The notes under the pieces were generated by a model that ran no database searches, was not told the origin of the DNA, and was given only the letters and a program-made list of their open reading frames with translations. Positions 57,238 to 64,000 of a stretch of 64,000 bases of DNA are shown here, in pieces. The stretch's first letter is position 1. Each line of letters starts with the position of its first letter. The stretch covers positions 3,680,001 through 3,744,000 of the forward strand of contig CBDCOH010000002.1 in assembly GCA_965219685.1 (NCBI GenBank), in the 5' to 3' direction. A program made the position numbers and the translations under genes. The stretch comes from Candidatus Spongiisociaceae bacterium (GTDB lineage: Bacteria > Actinomycetota > Acidimicrobiia > Spongiisociales > Spongiisociaceae).

Positions 57238-57780
57238 GTGCGCCAGATACTTACCACCGATGACATCCGGGCGGCAGTCCGCCGCGGCAAGACCGAGTTG
57301 GTGGTGGAGCCACCTACCGTGATCACCGCGGCCGCTCGGGACGAGGCCAACCTTGCCGGACTCCGGATCATCGAAGGACCCAAGGAACGCAGCTCAGACA
57401 TTGTCATCAAGGTGGCCGGCGAGCGGATCCGGGCCACCTTGCTCCTCGACGAAGCGCCTGTCACCGCGTCCGCCATCCGCGACCTGCTCCCCCTGTCGGG
57501 CACCGTCAACCATGCCCGCCTGGCCGGTGACGAGCTCATGTTCCCGATCCGCACCTACCTGGGTGCCGAGAACCAGTCCAAGGCACAGACGGCCGGCAAT
57601 ATCGCCTACTGGCCCGACCGGATGATCATCGCCATGTTCTACGGAGACACCGGAGGCGTGGGACTCACCAACGTCTTCGCCCAGGTGGTGCCCGAGGACA
57701 TGGACGCCTTCCGCCGGGCCGGCGACTTCGTCTGGAAGAACCAGGGCGTGGAGCTCCTGATAGAGCGTCACCGGGGTTAG
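57238..57780 (+). CDS. DUF3830/cyclophilin-like-fold protein with BMC-type N-terminal module
   Basis: APVT...LLPL...HARLAGDE...EN...GNIAY...IAMFYG; N-terminal 47 aa similar to the ALDH N-terminus. Confidence 0.75.
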   Translation: MRQILTTDDIRAAVRRGKTELVVEPPTVITAAARDEANLAGLRIIEGPKERSSDIVIKVAGERIRATLLLDEAPVTASAIRDLLPLSGTVNHARLAGDELMFPIRTYLGAENQSKAQTAGNIAYWPDRMIIAMFYGDTGGVGLTNVFAQVVPEDMDAFRRAGDFVWKNQGVELLIERHRG

Positions 57781-58030
57781 CGCCCTCATGGTCCGGTCGG
57801 CGCGCCTAAAACCGCCGGATGCCGATCCGGTCATGCGCAGAGTGAAGACCGGATGATGTCGACGGCGTATGGGCACTTCTATCCCGAAGACGGGATGCGG
57901 AACGAGTGCTACCGCCCCTTCCCGGCTGGGAAAACGAACGGCTGGATCGCGCTCACCATGGTGGCGGGCTCAACCGTCCTCGAGGAGCCCCGGGTGATGT
58001 CCTCGACGTGAAGCCAGGACTGGAGGGATC

Positions 58031-60481
58031 GTGAGGTCGCAGTACCGGGTGGTGGTGATCGGGGGCGGCGTGGTCGGTGCCAGTGTTCTGTATCACTTGG
58101 CGAAGCTGGGTTGGAGCGACGCGGCCATTGTGGAGCGCGAGGTGTTGACGGCCGGGTCGAGCTGGCACGCCGCCGGCGGTGTGCACACTCTCAACGCCGA
58201 TCCGAACATCGCGGCTCTGCAGGCGTACACGATCGATCTGCTATCGGAGATCGGGGAGGAGTCGGGCCTCGACGTGGGGATGCATATGACGGGTGGCATC
58301 TCGGTCGCTTCGGTGCCGGAGAGGTGGGAGTGGTTGCAGGCGGCGTATCGGGTGTTCCAGACGATGGGTATCGAGGACGTGCGGCTGATCGGTCCGGATG
58401 AGATCGAGGAGCGGTGTCCGATCATGAACGTCGCTGATGTGCTTGGGGGTCTGTGGGCGGATCGTGAGGGCTATATCGATCCGTCGGCGGTGGTCCATGC
58501 CTACGCCAAGGCTGCCCGGTTGCGTGGCGGCGAGGTGATCGAACACAACCGGGTGGTCGAGTTGCACCCACGCCGTGACGGGTCGTGGAAGGTGGTGACC
58601 GAGTTGGGAACCATCGTCGCGGAGCACGTTGTGAACGCCGCCGGGCTATGGGCCAAGCAGGTGGGGCGGATGGCGCGGCTGGAGCTTCCCGTCTCCCCGA
58701 TGCAGCATCACTATCTGGTCACCGAGGCGATCCCCGAACTCGCGGCGCTCAACTTCGAGGTGCCGATGATGATCGACCTGGAGGGGTACACCTACATGCG
58801 GCAGGAGCTCCATGGGGTGCTGGTCGGGATCTACGAGCGCGATTACCGGCACTGGAACATGGATGGTGCGCCGTGGGACTACGGCTTGGAGCTGATCCCA
58901 CCGGACGTGGATCGGATCTCGGGCGAGCTGTCGTTTGCGATGTCCCGCTACCCGGTCCTCGAGCGCACCGGTATCAGCCGCTGGGTGAACGGGGCGTTCA
59001 CGTTCTCACCGGACGGCAACCCCCTGGTGGGTCCGGTGCCCGGGTTGCGCAACTACTGGTCGGCGTGTGCGGTGATGGCCGGTTTCCTCCAGGGTGGCGG
59101 CGTGGGCAAGTCGCTGGCGGAGTGGATGATCGAAGGGGAGCCGGAGGAGGACATCTTCGCGATGGACGTGGCCCGTTTCGGGTCCTTCGCCCAGAATCGT
59201 GAGTACATCCGCCAGATGACCGGTCAGTTCTACTCGCGCCGGTTTGTGATCACCTACCCGAACGAGCAGCTGTGGGCGGGCCGTCCGCTGCGGATGGCCC
59301 CAGCGTACGATGCGATGACCGCGGCGGGGGCGCAATGGGGGTGCTCGTACGGTCTCGAGGTCCCGATCTACTTCGCCCCCAAGGGCTTCGTGGAGGTGCC
59401 GACGTTGCGCCGCTCCAACGCGTTCGACATCGTCGGCGAAGAGTGCCGGCGGGTGCGTTCCGGTGTGGGGATCCTCGACATTGCCGGGTTCTCCCGGTAC
59501 GAGGTCGCCGGTCCCGGCGCCGCGGCGTGGCTCGACCGGCTCTTCGCCGGCGCGCTGCCCGCACCGGGGCGGATCAAGCTGGCCCCGATGCTGGGCCACG
59601 ACGGCCGGCTCAAGGGAGACCTGACGTTGTTCAACTGGGGGGACGGCACCTGGTGGATCGTGGGCTCGTACTACCTGCGGGCCTGGCACATGCGCTGGTT
59701 CAACGACCACCTCGGCGACGGGGTGACGGTGCGTGATATCTCCGATGCAGTCGTCGGCTTCTCGCTCTCCGGGCCGGGTTCTCGCGAGCTGTTGCAACGG
59801 GTCACGCCGGATGACGTCTCAGCGGATGGCATGCGTTTCATGGCGTGTCGCCAGTTCGACATCGGTATGATCCGCGCCCGGGTGGGCCGGATCTCGGTCA
59901 CCGGAGAGCTCGGATACGAGATCCACTGCCCGGCCGCCGAGCACATCGCCCTGCGCCGCCTCCTTCTCGAGGCCGCCGACGGTCTCGATGCGATCGAGTA
60001 CGGCTACAACGCGCTGCTCTCGCTCAGGATCGAGAAGAGCTTCGGCGTCTGGTCGACCGAATTCCGCCAGGAGTACACCCCGGCCATGACCGGGTTGGAC
60101 CGATGGATCGACTGGTCCAAGGACGACTTCATCGGCTCGGGGGCGGCTCGCAGGGAGCGGGACAACGACAGCGCTACCAGGAGGCTGGTCACCCTCGAGG
60201 TGGACGCCACCGACGCGGACGCCACCGGGTACGAGCCGGTGTGGAACGGCCACCGACGGGTCGGCTACATCACCTCGGGCGACTACGGCCACACCACCGA
60301 CAAGAGCCTCGCCATGGCCCTCATTGACCGGGAACACACCGCAGAAGGAACCGAACTCACAACCCACATCGTCGGTGTCGAACGCCCAGTCCGAATAATC
60401 GCCGCCTCACCCTACGACCCGAACGGCACGGCGATGCGAACCGGCGTCCCGGCCGGCCCGGTCGGTCGGGCAAAGCCATGA
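58031..60481 (+). CDS. GcvT-family FAD oxidoreductase (dimethylglycine/sarcosine dehydrogenase-like)
   Basis: GGGVVG, GSSWHAAG, FTFSPDGNP, RISVTGELGYEI and SLRIEK. Confidence 0.92.
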   Translation: MRSQYRVVVIGGGVVGASVLYHLAKLGWSDAAIVEREVLTAGSSWHAAGGVHTLNADPNIAALQAYTIDLLSEIGEESGLDVGMHMTGGISVASVPERWEWLQAAYRVFQTMGIEDVRLIGPDEIEERCPIMNVADVLGGLWADREGYIDPSAVVHAYAKAARLRGGEVIEHNRVVELHPRRDGSWKVVTELGTIVAEHVVNAAGLWAKQVGRMARLELPVSPMQHHYLVTEAIPELAALNFEVPMMIDLEGYTYMRQELHGVLVGIYERDYRHWNMDGAPWDYGLELIPPDVDRISGELSFAMSRYPVLERTGISRWVNGAFTFSPDGNPLVGPVPGLRNYWSACAVMAGFLQGGGVGKSLAEWMIEGEPEEDIFAMDVARFGSFAQNREYIRQMTGQFYSRRFVITYPNEQLWAGRPLRMAPAYDAMTAAGAQWGCSYGLEVPIYFAPKGFVEVPTLRRSNAFDIVGEECRRVRSGVGILDIAGFSRYEVAGPGAAAWLDRLFAGALPAPGRIKLAPMLGHDGRLKGDLTLFNWGDGTWWIVGSYYLRAWHMRWFNDHLGDGVTVRDISDAVVGFSLSGPGSRELLQRVTPDDVSADGMRFMACRQFDIGMIRARVGRISVTGELGYEIHCPAAEHIALRRLLLEAADGLDAIEYGYNALLSLRIEKSFGVWSTEFRQEYTPAMTGLDRWIDWSKDDFIGSGAARRERDNDSATRRLVTLEVDATDADATGYEPVWNGHRRVGYITSGDYGHTTDKSLAMALIDREHTAEGTELTTHIVGVERPVRIIAASPYDPNGTAMRTGVPAGPVGRAKP

Positions 60482-60576
60482 CACCGGAATCAGCGCAGCA
60501 ATAACTCGCTGATGCTCGGCTACGACCTCAGTAGTGAGTCAAATCCGTTGACATGCCTGGAAATGGGCCTGGTCGC

Positions 60577-61818
60577 TCACCGAGCGACAGCGGGCAGTAT
60601 GGCCTTGGCGTTGTCTCCGAGCACCATCCGGCCGGCTTGTTCGGCCTCCGCCTCGGTCCACTCCAGGTCGGCAGAGAGATCGCTCAGCACGAGTGCCAGA
60701 TGTTTCCGCATCCGGTGTGCGCTGTAGCCGAGCCACTCGGCCGATGCGTAGGAATCGCTGCCGTAGAGCACCTTGTGCGCAGGAGCTATGGACAGAATGG
60801 TGCTCAGAATCGAATTGAGGCGCCCCGGTATCCGCATCGTGTGGGACAGGTCGACGTACACGTTGGGAAACTGCCAGGCCATGTAGGCGGCGTTCTCGTG
60901 GTACGGCGCCCCGGCATGGAGCATGACGAACGTCGTTCCGTTCGAAGCCGGGTCCGAGAAAAGGGAGAACAAGCGTGCCGGATCCGCGGCATGCAGGTTC
61001 TGGTTGGGCGAGTACTGGGCCCCCGTGTGAATCAGCTGCAGCAGGCCGAGATCGCCGGCGCGGGCGACGATGTGGCGGATCACGAAGTCCTCGTATGCCC
61101 GCGCCGCGCGCCCGGTCGCCTCGTCGTAGGTCCCGATACGCCCGTATAGGAACGACTCTTTCACGTCGGCCGGGGGCGTCGCCGCTACCTGGCGCAGCCC
61201 GGAAGCGGCTTCATCGGCGGTGGGCCTCGAGACGTCGAGCGCGCGGTAGTAGCCCATCAGGTTCTTGAACCCGACGCACCCTTGCGCCACGGCAATGTCG
61301 ATCGACTCGTCGACCCACCTGATGGCGTCGTCGAGCGAAGTGATGCCGCTTTCGATCACGGCAAGTGGAGAGAGCAACGGGGTGATTCCGTAGATCCACA
61401 CATAACGGTCGTCCGGGAATCCGGCGGCCCCGTCACGTAACTCGCCGAGCAGGTCGAGCACGACGAGGTCGATACGCTCCCGGTCGAGCACCGACTCCAG
61501 ATACATGCTGAAGCCCTGCTCCATCGTGGCAGAGAGCGTTTCGTCGATCTTCACGACATCGGGCTCGCATCCCAGGGCCCCGGCCACGTACCTGATCAGC
61601 ATGCGGTACTGCGAGTTGAGCGGGTGGGCCCATTGCGCCATGCCGCGCTCGTGGTCGGGGGCCGGTTCAAGATCGTCCCAGCGATATGACTTGCCCGGCG
61701 TGCCGTGGAAGAGGTTCAGTTGCGCGGTCACGTCGCGCCGGATCAACTCGCCCACACCGATCTGGATCGACATGTGGGCATGGAAATCGACTACGCCGGC
61801 GTCGGTGAGGTCGATCAT
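60577..61818 (-). CDS. Amidohydrolase_2-family protein (FluG N-terminal-like)
   Basis: VDFHAH, GFK, IHTG, LHAGAPY, NVYVDLS and KVLYGSD. Confidence 0.82.
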   Translation of the reverse strand: MIDLTDAGVVDFHAHMSIQIGVGELIRRDVTAQLNLFHGTPGKSYRWDDLEPAPDHERGMAQWAHPLNSQYRMLIRYVAGALGCEPDVVKIDETLSATMEQGFSMYLESVLDRERIDLVVLDLLGELRDGAAGFPDDRYVWIYGITPLLSPLAVIESGITSLDDAIRWVDESIDIAVAQGCVGFKNLMGYYRALDVSRPTADEAASGLRQVAATPPADVKESFLYGRIGTYDEATGRAARAYEDFVIRHIVARAGDLGLLQLIHTGAQYSPNQNLHAADPARLFSLFSDPASNGTTFVMLHAGAPYHENAAYMAWQFPNVYVDLSHTMRIPGRLNSILSTILSIAPAHKVLYGSDSYASAEWLGYSAHRMRKHLALVLSDLSADLEWTEAEAEQAGRMVLGDNAKAILPAVAR

Positions 61819-62183
61819 CCTGCGAACTGGTAGACCTGTAGCCGGTTGCCTTCGGGGTCGGACACAACGAAGTACGTCCCCCAGTCGCGGGTCTCGGTAG
61901 TGCCCATCGCGTCGAGGCGGTCCCTTTCCGTTGCCAGATCGGCCACTTCCAGCCCGATGTGCACCCGCCCTGCCTCATCGTCCGTGATGCCGGAGCCGTG
62001 GGTGGCGCGATCGAATATCTCGAGCGCTGCTCGGTCCGACGCCAGGAATGCGAAGTCGACCAACGGCTGGTAGCCGGCTCCGGGGTCTATGTCGGCAACA
62101 TCCAGGCCTACGGTGTCGCGATAGAACTCAAGTGCCGTGTCGAAATCGTCGACGTAGAGCATGACCGCGCCGATCTTCATCAT
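61815..62183 (-). CDS. VOC/glyoxalase-family protein
   Basis: Paralog of 37167-37544 (GAV.LY.DDF...FYRD..GL...DPEGN). Confidence 0.85.
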   Translation of the reverse strand: MMKIGAVMLYVDDFDTALEFYRDTVGLDVADIDPGAGYQPLVDFAFLASDRAALEIFDRATHGSGITDDEAGRVHIGLEVADLATERDRLDAMGTTETRDWGTYFVVSDPEGNRLQVYQFAG

Positions 62184-62191
62184 CTCAACCC

Positions 62192-62689
62192 TCAGACGGC
62201 GAAGATCCGCTTCGGGTTCTCCACCAGGATATCGTTCAACTGATCTTCGGTGACCCCGGCCTCGCGCAGCATCGGAACCACCTCGGTCAGAGGGTACACC
62301 CATCCCTTGCCGCCGTGCTCGGCGAAGTGCACCTTGAGACAGTGGTCGTGCGCAGTCATGACCTGCTTGCTGTAGCCGTCTGCGCACAACCGGGCGAGCG
62401 TCTCTACCCGCTCCTGGTCCGAGACCCAGTGGTCTCGTCCGAAGATGAGGTGCGACTCGTTCCACGGTGAGTCCCGGAGCGGCTCCTCGATGCTCGGACC
62501 CGGTCGGAACGGGCGTTCGGTCGTTACCGAAGCCTGTGTCCGTGGGGTATCGACCCGCCTGGGGTTGTCAGAGAGCAGCTTGTGCGTGAGCACGCTACCT
62601 GCCGGCGTGCGCGCCACGATGTCGGTGAACCTGCCGCCGCGATCGATCCAGAACCGCCGGCCAGCCAGTTCAGCATCCATGAATCGCAC
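62192..62689 (-). pseudogene. Chimeric remnant: oxoprolinase N-terminus fused to PTE C-terminus
   Basis: [15 protein letters not shown]...HKLLSDNP, then [29 protein letters not shown]...NPKRIFAV, closely matching the 36077 PTE end. Confidence 0.75.
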
Positions 62690-62821
62690 CTCGAACGAGT
62701 AACGTCAAGGATGACCAGGCCGCGTTTGCCGCTCTCGTGATCGCAGCGGCCGGCCAGATCTCGTACGAGCTCGGCTGGCTCGGCCCGGACCGGCGATGAC
62801 CACCAAAGGCGGAACGGCGAC

Positions 62822-63526
62822 ATGACCTACACGATCCTCGGATGTGACTCTGCGACGGGCCGCGTCGGCATCGGCATCGCCACCCACTCGATCGCCGCCG
62901 GCGGGTACTGCCAGGTGGTCCGGTCTGGCATCGGTGCGATCGCCAGCCAGGCGTACGCCGACCCCAGGCTGCTCCCCGTGGCAACCGGCATGCTGGAGCG
63001 CGGCCTCTCTCCTGCGGAAGTCGTCACCGGGTTGGCCGACGTCGATCCCGACTACGCCTTTCGCCAGACCGCAGTGCTGACCCCGGACGGGGTCGCCGCT
63101 GCGCACACCGGGGACAGGACAGGCCACTGGTCGGGCCACGTCATCGGCGACGGCTACATCGCCACGGGGAACTCCCTCGAGGGCGAGGGGGTGGTCGAAG
63201 CGATGGCCGATGCGTTCGAGTCGGCGGCGGGTAATCCTGTGGAGGACCGTTTGGTGGCCGGCCTGGAGGCCGGTCGCGATGCCGGAGGCCAGGTCGGGAA
63301 CTACTACGAGCGCTCGGCCACGCTGGTGGTGGCCGAGACGGATACGTTTCCCGACATCGATCTGCGCATCGACTTCCACGCGTCCGACGCCGTCGGCGAG
63401 CTTCGCTCCCTGCTCCATGTCTACCGGCCGTACCTGCACATCTACAACCACGTCCGCACCAAGGAGCCTCGACAAGCCGTCGGGATGACCTACGAAGAGT
63501 GGAATCCGCTGCCCCCGGAAGGTTGA
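62822..63526 (+). CDS. DUF1028-family (Ntn-hydrolase-like) protein
   Basis: MTYTI..D..TG..GI, ASQA, RQ, HTG, GN.L, AGG and DLRID. Confidence 0.8.
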   Translation: MTYTILGCDSATGRVGIGIATHSIAAGGYCQVVRSGIGAIASQAYADPRLLPVATGMLERGLSPAEVVTGLADVDPDYAFRQTAVLTPDGVAAAHTGDRTGHWSGHVIGDGYIATGNSLEGEGVVEAMADAFESAAGNPVEDRLVAGLEAGRDAGGQVGNYYERSATLVVAETDTFPDIDLRIDFHASDAVGELRSLLHVYRPYLHIYNHVRTKEPRQAVGMTYEEWNPLPPEG

Positions 63527-63527
63527 G

Positions 63528-64000
63528 ATGCGCTACCGAAGGCTCGGGCGTACCGGGCTGGAAGTGTCGGAAGTCGGCATCGGGACGTGGGGCATCGGCG
63601 GGCTGGCTTGGGGCGAGCGAGACGACGAGCGGTCCAAGCAAGCCCTCCATCACGCTCTGGACCTGGGCGTCAACTTCATCGACACGGCGTACGGATACGG
63701 CGAAGGCCGGTCGGAGGAGTTGATAGGCGAGGTCCTCGTGAGCCGACCGGATGTCACACCCGTCGTCGCCACCAAGATCCCGCTCGAGACACGTGTCTGG
63801 CCCGCTACCGACGACATGGCGGTCGAGGACTGCTACTCACCCGGGTGGATTCGATCGTGCACCGAGGAGAGCCTGCGCCGTCTCGGCACCGACCACATCG
63901 ATCTCCAGCAATTCCACTTCTGGGCCGACTCCTGGACCGACCAGGGCCAGTGGGCGGACGCGGTGTCGGCGTTAAAGAAAGAGGGCAAGATCCGGTTCTT
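63528..64000 (+). CDS. Aldo/keto reductase (truncated by window edge)
   Basis: Manual translation: MRYRRLGRTGLEVSEVGIGTWGIGG...GVNFIDTAYGYGEGRSEELIG...ATK...SLRRLGTDHIDL.QFH. Confidence 0.9.
   Translation, partial: MRYRRLGRTGLEVSEVGIGTWGIGGLAWGERDDERSKQALHHALDLGVNFIDTAYGYGEGRSEELIGEVLVSRPDVTPVVATKIPLETRVWPATDDMAVEDCYSPGWIRSCTEESLRRLGTDHIDLQQFHFWADSWTDQGQWADAVSALKKEGKIRF

Noticed and set aside
57781-58030. Possible glycine riboswitch or ncRNA upstream of the GcvT-family gene (hairpin ATCCCG-AAGA-CGGGAT near 57881)
   Set aside because: The conserved GGAGA/CTCTCAGG elements were not seen; GC-rich hairpins arise by chance. An Infernal/Rfam scan would decide.
1-64000. Prophage, IS, integron, retron or diversity-generating retroelement
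   Set aside because: No integrase, transposase, reverse transcriptase, phage structural gene or attC-like repeat was recognised; paralog pairs differ mainly at third codon positions, not specifically at adenines.

Overview
High-GC bacterial DNA. The gene style (Thr/Glu-rich lipoprotein linkers, GTG/TTG starts) suggests an actinobacterium, possibly Acidimicrobiia; this is inference only. The window is a dense catabolic region for amide, amine and N-heterocycle-type substrates. It encodes an SDR, a LacI regulator, two enolase-superfamily enzymes, MaoC, a family III CoA-transferase, a DMFase large subunit, three CocE/NonD hydrolases, a class III aminotransferase, two Zn-ADHs, three amidohydrolase_2 proteins, five phosphotriesterase-like copies or fragments, a fused hydantoinase/oxoprolinase, a PhyH dioxygenase, a ThrC-like PLP enzyme, LhgO, an M24 peptidase, a GcvT-family oxidoreductase and a dispersed NitT/TauT-type ABC system. 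Small toxin-antitoxin or nuclease modules sit between the operons (NYN, two higBA, hicBA, MNT-HEPN, AAA-DUF4143), and heptamer tandem repeats lie at several gene ends. The highlight is a bacterial microcompartment (BMC) operon at about 50.6-57.8 kb with a minimal shell of one BMC-H, one BMC-P and one BMC-T, and none of the usual metabolosome core enzymes. It encodes a non-acylating aldehyde dehydrogenase and a DUF3830-like protein that share a 47-aa N-terminal module. It also encodes what looks like a split McbB/cucumopine-synthase (Pictet-Spenglerase)-like pair, a PTE-like hydrolase, a Gfo/Idh/MocA oxidoreductase and an unknown His-rich two-repeat protein. No rRNA, tRNA, CRISPR array, integrase or transposase was recognised. 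All family calls come from motif recognition, not database searches.
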